A stretch of 64,000 bases of DNA from Burkholderiales bacterium (GTDB lineage: Bacteria; Pseudomonadota; Gammaproteobacteria; Burkholderiales; Eutrophovitaceae), in contig DATMAN010000038.1 in assembly GCA_035560005.1 (NCBI GenBank), forward strand, positions 4,009-68,008. Direction: 5' to 3'. A program made the position numbers and the translations under genes. Of the stretch, positions 33,714-44,164 are shown in pieces. Every line of letters begins with the position of its first letter. Within the stretch, counting starts at the first letter, position 1. Under the pieces are notes generated by a model. That model saw nothing but the letters and a program-made list of their open reading frames with translations. It was not told where the DNA came from and made no database searches.

Positions 33714-33817
33714 CGCGCCACGAGGCGATTCATGGCATCGCCTTCGTGCTGCTGAACCACCTCAACGATCCGCTGACCGGAGCAGATTCGTCCCGGCGCG
33801 AGGCAGGCAACGCCTGA
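33671..33817 (+). pseudogene. possible C-terminal remnant of a DUF1841-like gene
   Basis: The frame of ORF 33632..33817 reads LERRMGEGLTRHEAIHGIAFVLLNHLND, resembling the RHEAIH C-terminus of DUF1841 proteins. Overlaps the 3' end of the DHODH-like ORF. Confidence 0.25.
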
Positions 33818-33832
33818 TGGCGCCGGGGCCGT

Positions 33833-34342
33833 TCAGGAATTCGCCTTCAGGTACGCAATGATCTTGCGGCGCACCTCGGGGTCCGGCTGCTTGTAGAACA
33901 TGTACACACCGGGCACCCAGGCCTGCGGATCGGTGATCCAGACGTTGAGCGCGGCCTCGTTCCACTGCATGCCTTTGAGCGTCTTCATGAACGTGGGCGA
34001 ATAGCTGAAGCCGGGGGCGGTCCCGGCTATGCGGCCGACCACGCCGCGCAGATTCGGTCCGAACGGCGGCGCGAAGGCGACGCGCGGCGCCTCGTCGTTC
34101 CAGGCGATCGATGTGTGCGGGACGTCCGTTACCGTCGTCGCGCCATGCCGGTTCGCGGCCAGCAACACCGGCTGCCGCTGCGTGGGCTCAAAGCGTTTCC
34201 CGCTCTGCACCGTGATGCTGCCGTGACAGATCTGGCACTGGGTCCGGTACAGGTTCTCGCCTTCCGCCACGTCGTCCGCAATGGCGATACTCGCGCTGCC
34301 CAGCCCGGCAAGCAGCGCTGCGCATGCGCTCTTCGAGATCAT
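33833..34342 (-). CDS. periplasmic mono-haem c-type cytochrome
   Basis: ORF trimmed to MISKSACAALLAGLGSASIAIA (signal peptide). Haem motif CQICHG. C-terminal KIIAYLK typical of class I cytochromes c. Confidence 0.7.
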   Translation of the reverse strand: MISKSACAALLAGLGSASIAIADDVAEGENLYRTQCQICHGSITVQSGKRFEPTQRQPVLLAANRHGATTVTDVPHTSIAWNDEAPRVAFAPPFGPNLRGVVGRIAGTAPGFSYSPTFMKTLKGMQWNEAALNVWITDPQAWVPGVYMFYKQPDPEVRRKIIAYLKANS

Positions 34343-34405
34343 GTCCACCTCACTCTTCAGGGACAAGGCAAGCTTCACCTTAGTCCCGCGGGCGGCCGGA
34401 AATCC

Positions 34406-34419
34406 TTGACCCAAATCAA
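34406..34419. promoter_or_regulatory. near-consensus FNR/Dnr-type box TTGACCCAAATCAA
   Basis: One mismatch. About 70 nt upstream of the cytochrome c start. Confidence 0.45.
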
Positions 34420-34448
34420 ACGGCGCGGCGCTGCGCCCCCCAGGGCGA

Positions 34449-35078
34449 TCAACGCTCGGAAGCGGCGAGCTTCAGGGCCAGTCCGGCAAAGATGGCCCCG
34501 GCCACGCGATTGATCACGATCTGCGCGCGGCGCGAGCGCGCGAGCCAGCTCCCGATCGCGCCCGCCGCGAGGGCGATCGAGCCGAACACGATCAGCGTGG
34601 CCACGATGAAACCCGCTCCGAGGCTGATGAGCTGGAGCGCGAGCGCCCCTCGCTTCGGATCCGCGAACTGCGGGAGGAAGGCCAGGAAGAAGATCGAGAC
34701 CTTGGGATTCGTCACGTTCATGACGATGCCGCGGCGGTAGAGCCGCCAGCCCGCGACCGCGGCTTCGACCTCGGCCCGAATCGGCGAGGCTGACGCGCGA
34801 AACGCCTGCCAGGCGAGATACAACAGGTAACCCGCACCCACCAGCTTGAGCGCGGTGAACGCCACGGCGGACGTCTGGAAGATGGCGGCCACCCCGACCA
34901 CCACCGCGCCGGTGTGCACGACGAGCCCGGTGCAGAGCCCGAGCGTGATCAGCAGACCGGCCCTGCGTCCGCGCAACGCCGACTGCGTCAGCACAAAGAT
35001 GTTGTCCGGGCCCGGCGCGAGCGCCAGCACAACGCTGGCGGCGAAGAAGGTGAGATAGGACTCGATCGGGATCGACAT
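34449..35078 (-). CDS. LysE/RhtB family amino-acid exporter
   Basis: LALAPGPDNIFVL, NPKVSIFFLAFLPQF. 209 aa, 6 TM helices. Confidence 0.75.
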   Translation of the reverse strand: MSIPIESYLTFFAASVVLALAPGPDNIFVLTQSALRGRRAGLLITLGLCTGLVVHTGAVVVGVAAIFQTSAVAFTALKLVGAGYLLYLAWQAFRASASPIRAEVEAAVAGWRLYRRGIVMNVTNPKVSIFFLAFLPQFADPKRGALALQLISLGAGFIVATLIVFGSIALAAGAIGSWLARSRRAQIVINRVAGAIFAGLALKLAASER

Positions 35079-35156
35079 GCGCGTGAACTCCGCTCCCGTC
35101 CATCTTAACTCCGAAGGATCCCCGCGTGTGCCAGTGCCGGCGGTCCGATCCCCGTG

Positions 35157-36833
35157 TCAGTGGCTCGTGCCCGAGGACCGGGTGATCTTGTTCCAGACGT
35201 TGTATTTGCCCACGGGTTTTCGCATCGGCAGGCGCTTGACTTCCTCGAGCGTGGCCGCGTCGTACACCACGAGCGCGCCGTCCTCTTCCCACACGCTGGC
35301 GAGGGCATAGCGCCCGTCTCGGGTGAACTCGACATGCGCCACGGTCCTGCCCGGGGCGGGCCGCAGGGTCTTCACCACCTGCAGCGTGCGCTTGTCGATC
35401 ACTTGCAGCGCATCGCGGTTCGGGCTGTTGAAGGAATCGGTCCAGGCGTAAGGCGTGTTCTCGTGGCTGCGCAGGAAAAAGCCCGGTCCGAGCGTCTCGA
35501 TTTGCCTGACGGTCTTCCAGGTCTTCATGTCGATCACGCTGATCACGCCGGCCTTGAGGTTGGGCGTTGCCATGACCCAGCGCCCGTCCAGCTCCCAGGA
35601 GATTCCCGACCCCAGGTGCGGCAGCCCCGGCAGCTCGACCTCCGCGATCTTGCGGCGCACGTCGAGGTTGACCACCTGGCCCTTGCCGCCGTCGCGCGCC
35701 GCGCCGATGACATACGCGTAGCTCGGATCGAAGAAGAAATCGTCGAGGATCTCTTCCAGTACTGCACGGCGCGCAGTGAACTGGCCGGGCGCCGCCAGCC
35801 CTTCGTTCATGCGGTAGTCGTGCACCAGGCCCTCGTACACCGGCTCTGCTTCGGGGTCGTAGGACATTTCCCAGATCTCGGGAATGTCCTTGAGCGCCAG
35901 GATGAAACTCTTCCGGGGCTTGGCGTCGTACACCGCGCCCACACGCGAAGGGCGGCCGTCCCTGTCCTGAACCGGGATGACGCGGACGACGGACAGATCG
36001 GCCGCTTCGAGGATCACGAGCGTGCGAGGCAGGTAGTTGCCCACGGCCACGTATCGGCCGTCGCCGGAGACCGCTGCATTGCGTGTGTTGATCCCGGCGC
36101 GTACCTCCGCGACCATCGCCAGGCTCCAAAGGTCGTACTTCGAGATCCAGCCGTCGCGCGAGACGAAATAGACGTAGCGTCCATCCGGAGAAAACTTCGG
36201 CCCTCCGTGCAGGGCATAGCGCGTGGGGAATCGGGCGAGCGGTTCCAGCCGGTCGCCATCCAGGATCGTCGCGTGATGGTCGCCGGCCTCGACCACAACG
36301 AACAGGTTCAGCGGATCGGCATCGTAGACGGGCTGCGCGGGCAGGCTTCCGGCGGCGCGGTGAATGACGCGTGAGGCTTCGATCTGGGCCCGGTCCCAGA
36401 TCGGCATCCGCGCAAGCGGCGTAAAGATGTACTCGACAAGCGACTGGATCTGCGCGGCCGAGAGTTCTGTTTCGAAGCCGGGCATTTGCGTGGCGTGCCG
36501 TCCTTTCGCGACGAGCTGTTCGGCCGCCGCTCGCTTGAGCCGTTCGAGGTTCTCGGGCAGCAGAGCCGGCCCTGTCGCTCCGAGACGGTCCGCGCCGTGG
36601 CACGCGGCGCAGTGTTCCCTGTACAGCGCCTGCGCCTCCTGCGCCATGGCTGTGCCGGCAAGGGCCAGAAGAGCGAAACAAGAAGGCAAGAGCAACACGA
36701 GCACAAGACAGCGGCGCCCAGGGACGCCTTGATGATTCCTCTTTTCGTTCCTCGCAATGCTTCGGAGACATCCCCCCGGGTTTTTCTTTCGGATCCTGTT
36801 TTTCTTCGTGTCTTCGTGCTTCGTTCTGGTCAT
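35157..36833 (-). CDS. nirN: cytochrome cd1-like dihydro-haem d1 dehydrogenase NirN
   Basis: CAACHG haem c motif followed by a cd1-type beta-propeller. Last gene of the nir cluster. ATG 36833 overlaps the nirJ stop (ATGA). The first roughly 55 codons are repeat-derived. Confidence 0.7.
   Translation of the reverse strand: MTRTKHEDTKKNRIRKKNPGGCLRSIARNEKRNHQGVPGRRCLVLVLLLPSCFALLALAGTAMAQEAQALYREHCAACHGADRLGATGPALLPENLERLKRAAAEQLVAKGRHATQMPGFETELSAAQIQSLVEYIFTPLARMPIWDRAQIEASRVIHRAAGSLPAQPVYDADPLNLFVVVEAGDHHATILDGDRLEPLARFPTRYALHGGPKFSPDGRYVYFVSRDGWISKYDLWSLAMVAEVRAGINTRNAAVSGDGRYVAVGNYLPRTLVILEAADLSVVRVIPVQDRDGRPSRVGAVYDAKPRKSFILALKDIPEIWEMSYDPEAEPVYEGLVHDYRMNEGLAAPGQFTARRAVLEEILDDFFFDPSYAYVIGAARDGGKGQVVNLDVRRKIAEVELPGLPHLGSGISWELDGRWVMATPNLKAGVISVIDMKTWKTVRQIETLGPGFFLRSHENTPYAWTDSFNSPNRDALQVIDKRTLQVVKTLRPAPGRTVAHVEFTRDGRYALASVWEEDGALVVYDAATLEEVKRLPMRKPVGKYNVWNKITRSSGTSH
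36665..36829. repeat. palindromic repeat element, copy 9 (degraded), inside the nirN 5' coding region
   Basis: Right arm CCTGTTTTTCTTCGTGTCTTCGTGCTTCGTTCTGG. Left arm CCAGAAGAGCGAAACAAGAAGGCAAGAGCAACACGAGCACAAG, about 70 percent complementary. Confidence 0.55.
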
Positions 36834-38041
36834 TGTGATCCCTCGGGGGCCGTGCGGCGCGCGCGCGAGTAGGGCGTGAGGACGAGGCGCGGAGAGGCAT
36901 CGGCGATGCCCAGTTCTTCGTCGGTCAGGTAGCAAGCCGGATCCTCCGCCCACGGATCGCCGGTGAGCTGCCAGGCACGGGTGCGCGTGTTGCCGTTGCA
37001 CACGTCGAGAAAGCGGCATTGCGCGCAGCGGCCTCGAACCGGGCGCGGACGCTGCCTGAGCCCGCGCATCAGGGGATCGGAAACGTCGTTCCACAGTTCG
37101 GAGAAAGGACGTTCGCGCACGTTGCCGATGGTGTATTCCCACCACATCGTGTCGGGATGGACATTGCCGAGGTTGTCGATGTTGGCGATGCCGATCCCGG
37201 AACTGTTGCCACCCCATTCGCCGAGCTTCGCGCGCAGGTGGGCCACGCGTCCCGGGTGATGTTTCACGGCCCATCGCAGCAACCAGATCGCGTCGGCGTC
37301 GTTGTTGCCGGTGACGAACTCGGTCGGCAGGCCGCGCCGCAGATGGTCGCAGGCGGTGCGCAGGAGCAGGTCGATCGCCCAGCGGGTGGTCAGATGCAGC
37401 GCGTCGCGCGCGCGGTTCACGTTGCCGCGCCCGGCGTAGTTGAGGTGCGACATATAGAATTTGAAGACGCGCTCGCGCTCGATCAGTTCGAGCAGGTGCG
37501 GCAGGTCCTGGGCGTTGTCCTGGGTGAGCGTGAAGCGCACCCCCACCTTCAGCCCCGCGTCGCGCACCAGGCGGATCCCTCGGAGTGCCGCGTCGTAGCC
37601 GCCCGGCATGCGGCGGAAGCGGTCGTGAGTGTCGCGCATGCCGTCCAGGCTCACGCCCACGTAGTCGAATCCGGCGGCGGCGATGTCTCCAGCGTTGTGC
37701 TCGTTGATCAGCGTGCCGTTGGTGGACAGCCCGACGTAGAAGCCCATGTCTTTCGCGCGCCGCGCGATGGAGAAGATGTCCGGGTGCAGCAGGGGCTCGC
37801 CGCCGGAGAGGATCAGCACCGGCGCGCCGGAGCGCTTCAGGTCATCCATCACCGCGAAGATCTCCGGCGTGGCGAGCTCTCCCGGGAAGTCGTGGTCGGC
37901 CGAGATCGAGTAACAGTGCCGGCAGGCGAGATTGCAGCGCCGCAGCAGGTTCCAGATGACGACCGGCCCACTCGGCCGCGCTCCCGTGCCCAACGGCGTC
38001 GGATTTTCGATTTCCCTCAAATACTGCGTCAGTCGGAACAT
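36830..38041 (-). CDS. nirJ: radical SAM haem d1 biosynthesis protein NirJ
   Basis: LLRRCNLACRHCY cluster, SGGEPLL, C-terminal CAQCRFLDVCNG. Confidence 0.85.
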   Translation of the reverse strand: MFRLTQYLREIENPTPLGTGARPSGPVVIWNLLRRCNLACRHCYSISADHDFPGELATPEIFAVMDDLKRSGAPVLILSGGEPLLHPDIFSIARRAKDMGFYVGLSTNGTLINEHNAGDIAAAGFDYVGVSLDGMRDTHDRFRRMPGGYDAALRGIRLVRDAGLKVGVRFTLTQDNAQDLPHLLELIERERVFKFYMSHLNYAGRGNVNRARDALHLTTRWAIDLLLRTACDHLRRGLPTEFVTGNNDADAIWLLRWAVKHHPGRVAHLRAKLGEWGGNSSGIGIANIDNLGNVHPDTMWWEYTIGNVRERPFSELWNDVSDPLMRGLRQRPRPVRGRCAQCRFLDVCNGNTRTRAWQLTGDPWAEDPACYLTDEELGIADASPRLVLTPYSRARRTAPEGSQ

Positions 38042-38093
38042 CCGCTCATGTCTCCTTGGATTCCCGCGGGAAAGCGCTCACCGCGCTTTATCC

Positions 38094-38582
38094 TCAAGTG
38101 AGCCGCAGGCCGGTCTTCTTGAGAATCCGGCTGCTGTAGAGCACTTCGTACCCGCGGCTGGCACTGCCGAGCAGCTCGGCGATCCGCCGCACCTTCTCCT
38201 CGACTTGCGCCCGATCGTGCCCGTGCACCATCGCGAAAAGGTTGTACGGCCAAAGCGGAGGCTGGCGCCGTCGCAGGTAGCAGTGGCTGACCAGCCCGCT
38301 CAGCGCAAGACGCTCGCCGAGATCGTCCACCACGGCATCGTCCACGTCCCACACCGACATGCCGTTGGCGACATAGCCGATGGCGTAGTGATTGGGAATC
38401 GCGCCGATGCGCCGGATCACGCCGAGCCGGAGCATGCGCTTCATGCGCTCCATCACTTCCTCCGCGCTGATTCCGATCAGCTCGGCGACATCGTGGTAGG
38501 GGCGCGGGGTGAGGGGAAGACCGGACTGCGTCGCACGCACGATCGCCCTGTCCAAGGCATCAAGCTGGATGTCCGGGGCCAT
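38094..38582 (-). CDS. nirH: sirohaem decarboxylase subunit NirH (Lrp/AsnC-like)
   Basis: LDALDRAIVRATQSGLPLTPRPY. Position after nirG. Confidence 0.75.
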   Translation of the reverse strand: MAPDIQLDALDRAIVRATQSGLPLTPRPYHDVAELIGISAEEVMERMKRMLRLGVIRRIGAIPNHYAIGYVANGMSVWDVDDAVVDDLGERLALSGLVSHCYLRRRQPPLWPYNLFAMVHGHDRAQVEEKVRRIAELLGSASRGYEVLYSSRILKKTGLRLT

Positions 38583-38597
38583 GGTCGGGTTCTCCGG

Positions 38598-39056
38598 CTA
38601 GAGCGGCAGGTCGAGCGCGACGAAGTATTCGCGCAGCTTGTGGAACTCGAACACGGGATGGCCGCAGTCGCGCTCGATCTCGAACAGCACGCGGGTAACG
38701 GTCGCCGGGTTCCCGGCCGCGACGACGAACCACATGTTCAGCGCGTGCTCGCGCCGATAATTGTGCGCGACCTCCGGATAGGCGTTGACGATCCGGGCCA
38801 CCCGTTCGTAATCGTCTTCCGGAACCTGGATCGCCGCGAGGGTGTAGGCGCCTCCCAGGCGCTCGGCCTGGTAGAGGGGGCCGAACCGCGTCAGGGCGCC
38901 CTCGACGAGAAGGCGTTTGAGGCGCGCGATCAGCGTGTCCTGCGAAATGCCCAGTTCGCGCGCGACTTCGAGATAGGGTTGCTCGCAGATCGGAAAGCCT
39001 TGCTGAAGCCGATTCACGATCGCGCGATCCAGGGTATCGAGCGCTGGCTCAGGCAT
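38598..39056 (-). CDS. nirG: sirohaem decarboxylase subunit NirG
   Basis: ORF trimmed to MPEPALDTLDRAIVNRLQQGFPICEQPY. Start overlaps the nirDL stop. Confidence 0.75.
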   Translation of the reverse strand: MPEPALDTLDRAIVNRLQQGFPICEQPYLEVARELGISQDTLIARLKRLLVEGALTRFGPLYQAERLGGAYTLAAIQVPEDDYERVARIVNAYPEVAHNYRREHALNMWFVVAAGNPATVTRVLFEIERDCGHPVFEFHKLREYFVALDLPL

Positions 39057-40035
39057 CGGCGAGGACTTCGAGCGGCGCGTAGCGCGCGGCGGTCTGCTTG
39101 AAACTGCGCCGGCTGAAGAGTACTTGGCAGGGGAAGGACTCGAGGCCGGCGGCCCTGCGCAGCCCGGCCAGGCGCTCGCGCACCTGCGCTTCCTCGCGCC
39201 CGTGCAGCATGCAGTACAGGTTGTAGTTCCAGCGCTCGGCGCGCGCGCGCCGGTAGCACAGGCTGACCCGCGGGTCGGCAGCCAGCCGCAGTCCGAAGCC
39301 GCGAGCCGCCGCGTCCGGCACATCCCACACCACCATCGCGTTGGCTCTGAAGCCCAGCGGCCGATGTCTCACGATCACGCCGAATCGACGGATCAGCCCC
39401 TGCACCTGCCAGCGCTGCAGCGTCTCCAGGACCCGCTTTTCAGACAGCCCGCAGCAGTCGGCCAGCGCGGCATAGGGACGCGGGACGAGCAGCAGCCCTT
39501 CTTCCACTGCGGCCACCAGGCATTGTTCACCGCGATCCAGCGCGACGCGCGCGGCCAGGGCCGGCGCGGCGCCTCCCTGGGTGTGCCCGTCGCGCAGGTC
39601 GAAACCCAGATCGATGCGATACTCCTCGAGCAATGGCAGCGACAACAGCGGTCCACATTGCGCCTGCCGCTCGATCGCTGCGAGGGTGCGTGCCAGCCTC
39701 CCGGAATCCGCAGCGGTGACCACGAACCAGAGGTTGAACGCGTGATCCCGTTCGTAATTGTGGTTCACCTCGGGGAAGCGGTTGACGGCCTGCGCCACGC
39801 GCTCCAGCGCCTCCGGAGGCACCGCAGCCGCCACGAGCGTGCTGGCGCCGATCGTGTTCGGGGCGAACACCGCGCCGATCCGGCCGACCACACCGGCCAG
39901 CTCCAGCCGGGCGAGCTTGGCGAGCACCCAATGCTCGCTCTGCCCGAGCCGCTGCGCGATCTCCAGGTACGGGCGCTCGCACAGCGGGAAGCCGCGCTGG
40001 AAGTCGTTGAGCAGCCGGAACCCTGCCGCGTCCAT
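39049..40035 (-). CDS. nirD: fused sirohaem decarboxylase NirD-NirL
   Basis: Two tandem Lrp/AsnC-like modules (FRLLNDFQRGFPLCERPY and LVAAVEEGLLLVPRPY). ATG lies 1 nt downstream of the nirF stop (no overlap). Confidence 0.75.
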   Translation of the reverse strand: MDAAGFRLLNDFQRGFPLCERPYLEIAQRLGQSEHWVLAKLARLELAGVVGRIGAVFAPNTIGASTLVAAAVPPEALERVAQAVNRFPEVNHNYERDHAFNLWFVVTAADSGRLARTLAAIERQAQCGPLLSLPLLEEYRIDLGFDLRDGHTQGGAAPALAARVALDRGEQCLVAAVEEGLLLVPRPYAALADCCGLSEKRVLETLQRWQVQGLIRRFGVIVRHRPLGFRANAMVVWDVPDAAARGFGLRLAADPRVSLCYRRARAERWNYNLYCMLHGREEAQVRERLAGLRRAAGLESFPCQVLFSRRSFKQTAARYAPLEVLADA

Positions 40036-40036
40036 T

Positions 40037-41260
40037 TCAGAACCCGATGCGCGCCGCGCGCGCCGTGAAGAAAATGCCGCTCGGTTTGTCGGCCGGGACT
40101 TCGGCAACGCGTTGCAGGCTTGCCGTGTCGTAGACCACGACGCGGTCGTCGTCGCGCGCCGAGATCCACACCGCCTCGCCGCGCGGGGTGAACTCCATGT
40201 GCAGCACCGCCCGCCCCGGTTCGAGCGTGCGCGCCACGCAGCCGCACTCGGTGTCGATGACTTGCACGCGCCCGTTATCGGGGAAGGCGAAGCTCACCCA
40301 CACCTGGCGCGCATCGGGCCGCGCCACCACGAACACGGGCTGGCCGGCCACGGCGATGCGCCCGGTCTCCTGCCAGCTTTCGGTGTCGACAACGAGGACT
40401 TCGTGGCGCCCGATCGCCGGCACGAAGGCACGGCAGCCGGCGACTGCCCAACCGCGCAGATGCGGCATCTTGTAGACCGGGAGTTTCTCTTCGCCCTGGC
40501 GATAGCCCTGCAGGATCCGCCGCACGCCGCGCTCGGGATGCCACAAATCCAGCAGCGCCAGACCGTCTTCGCCGTACAGGCCCGCGACGTACCAGCGGCC
40601 GTCGGGCGTCACCAGTCCGTCGTAGGGCTGCAGGCCGGCCGCGAACTTCTGCACGCCGGGCCGGCGCGGATTCGAGGCGTCCACCAGCCAGATCTCCCCG
40701 GCGTCGAACAGGCTGAAGACAAACCGGCCGCCGGGCGCATCGGCCAGTCCGACCACCTTCGAGCGCTGCTGCGCATCACCGAACTCGGCGGGAATGTCGG
40801 CCAGCAGCTCCAGCGTGTCCGCGGAGAACAGCTTCACGCCTCCGGGCGCGTAGTTCTGCGCGGCGACCACGCGGCCGTCCTGTGAGATGGCCCCGCCGAT
40901 GCTGTTGCCGGCCTGCAGGATGCGTGCGTCGATGCGCGCGCCGAGCAGATCGACTTTGGTGAGCCCGCCGTCGCGCCCGAACACGAAGGCGTAGCGCCCG
41001 TCGCGCGAATACACCGCCGAGGCGTGCGACAGATCCCCCAGACCCTCGACGCGTGCGATGGCGGTGCGCGCGCTGGTATCGAGCACCCGGACGCTGCCCG
41101 CGGCTCGCTCGATCACGATCCCCAGATCGCCCGTGCCTCGCAACTGCGCCTGCGCGGCGGGCGCAACCAGCGAAGCGGCGAGCGCAAACCCCGAGACGGA
41201 AAGGCGAAGCACGAAGGCACGAAGGCACGAAGGCAGTTCGGGTGACAAGAAAGCCCTCAT
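40037..41260 (-). CDS. nirF: haem d1 biosynthesis protein NirF (cd1-like propeller)
   Basis: LRGTGDLGIVIERAAGSVRVLD...GLGDLSHASAVYSRDGRYAFVFGRDGGLTKVDLL closely resembles NirF. Both the ATG at 41260 and the alternative GTG at 41212 lie inside repeat copy 10. Confidence 0.75.
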   Translation of the reverse strand: MRAFLSPELPSCLRAFVLRLSVSGFALAASLVAPAAQAQLRGTGDLGIVIERAAGSVRVLDTSARTAIARVEGLGDLSHASAVYSRDGRYAFVFGRDGGLTKVDLLGARIDARILQAGNSIGGAISQDGRVVAAQNYAPGGVKLFSADTLELLADIPAEFGDAQQRSKVVGLADAPGGRFVFSLFDAGEIWLVDASNPRRPGVQKFAAGLQPYDGLVTPDGRWYVAGLYGEDGLALLDLWHPERGVRRILQGYRQGEEKLPVYKMPHLRGWAVAGCRAFVPAIGRHEVLVVDTESWQETGRIAVAGQPVFVVARPDARQVWVSFAFPDNGRVQVIDTECGCVARTLEPGRAVLHMEFTPRGEAVWISARDDDRVVVYDTASLQRVAEVPADKPSGIFFTARAARIGF

Positions 41261-41402
41261 CCGTCTGCACCGCTGGCCAAACGCCGCTGCCGCAGCACAA
41301 CTGCGGAAAAGTCTCTCGGTAATCTTCACGCCTATTCCGGCTCCTGGTTTTGCACTTCTTCGTGCCTTCGTGTTCTCGTGCTTCGCTCTTGTGTTTCTTC
41401 TG
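41193..41402. repeat. palindromic repeat element, copy 10
   Basis: Left arm contains 3x CACGAAGG (41210..41233). Right arm CTTCTTCGTGCCTTCGTGTTCTCGTGCTTCGCTCTTGTGTTTCTTCTG. The arms overlap the nirF start and the nirC 3' end. Confidence 0.8.
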
Positions 41403-41745
41403 AATCCAGGCCGCGCATCAGCGCCTCGGTCAGCCACCGCGCTTCGCGCTCGCTGAGGAAAGTCCGCCAGCCCGGCATCGCCGTGCCCGGGCGGCCATCG
41501 AGGATGATCCGCGTGAGATTTTCCGGCGGCTTGCCGCGCAGGCTCGATGGATCGAGCGCCGGCCCGAGCCCGCCGGTCAGGCGCAAGCCGTGGCAGGCGC
41601 CACAGTCGTGGCGGATGAGATGGGCCAGTTCCTGCCTGCGCGCCAGGCTCGGTTCTGCCGGGTCGACCGCGCAGGCTGCCTGCGCCGCAAGCGCCAGCGA
41701 GGCGGCGAGGGCGAGTCCGGAACCGCTGTGAATCGTTTGCCGCAC
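41332..41745 (-). CDS. nirC: small mono-haem cytochrome c (NirC / c55X-like)
   Basis: CGACHG motif. Position between nirM and nirF. Start placed at the GTG giving signal peptide MRQTIHSGSGLALAASLALAAQA (uncertain). The last 23 codons are repeat-derived. Confidence 0.55.
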   Translation of the reverse strand: MRQTIHSGSGLALAASLALAAQAACAVDPAEPSLARRQELAHLIRHDCGACHGLRLTGGLGPALDPSSLRGKPPENLTRIILDGRPGTAMPGWRTFLSEREARWLTEALMRGLDSEETQERSTRTRRHEEVQNQEPE

Positions 41746-41923
41746 GAACAGTTTGAAAATGGCCACCAGAGAACTTTGCCTGCACCGAGCAGCGGATGTT
41801 TTGAGGCAGGTCAAATCGGCTCGTGTGCAGCAAAAAAACGGGGGCAGAGCCCCCGCGAAACTGGAGTGCACCAAATACAGGTCAGATCAATGATGTGCCG
41901 CTGTCTCTTCGTGCCTGCCGGTG

Positions 41924-42253
41924 CTATTGCGCCATGATCCACTGCACCAGCAGCTTGACTTCGGAATCGCTCAGCTTGCCCTTGTGCGGCGGCATCGGGA
42001 TCGCGCCCCACACTCCGCTGCCGCCGTCGATCACCTTCTTTTCCAGCGCCGCCTGCGCGTCCTTGTTGCCTTTGTATTTCTTCGCCACGTCCTTGTAGGA
42101 AGGGCCGACCAGCTTCTTGTCCATTGCGTGGCAGGCCATGCAGCCCTTGGCGTCGGCGAGCTTTCCGGCGTCGTTGGCCGACGCCTGTCCGGCCAGGAAG
42201 AAGACGATCGCCGCGGCGACCGCGATCAGGATGTCGATCGGACCGAGCTTCAT
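41924..42253 (-). CDS. nirM: cytochrome c551/c552 (NirM)
   Basis: GAGGAG SD. GCMACHAMDKKLVGPSYKDVAKKY...GVWGAIPMPP is the classic c551 pattern. Directly downstream of nirS. Confidence 0.8.
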   Translation of the reverse strand: MKLGPIDILIAVAAAIVFFLAGQASANDAGKLADAKGCMACHAMDKKLVGPSYKDVAKKYKGNKDAQAALEKKVIDGGSGVWGAIPMPPHKGKLSDSEVKLLVQWIMAQ

Positions 42254-42264
42254 GTTTCCGCTCC

Positions 42265-44082
<1,818 letters not shown>

Positions 44083-44088
44083 TCATCC

Positions 44089-44102
44089 TTGATTCAAATC
44101 AA
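44089..44102. promoter_or_regulatory. FNR/Dnr box TTGATTCAAATCAA in the nirS-nirE divergent region
   Basis: Perfect palindrome about 85 nt upstream of the nirS ATG. Confidence 0.7.
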
Positions 44103-44164
44103 GCCGAGGGGTGCTGCCGCGCGGTTACAGTGCGATCAACGAGGCACCGGCGGTGGACCAGCGG

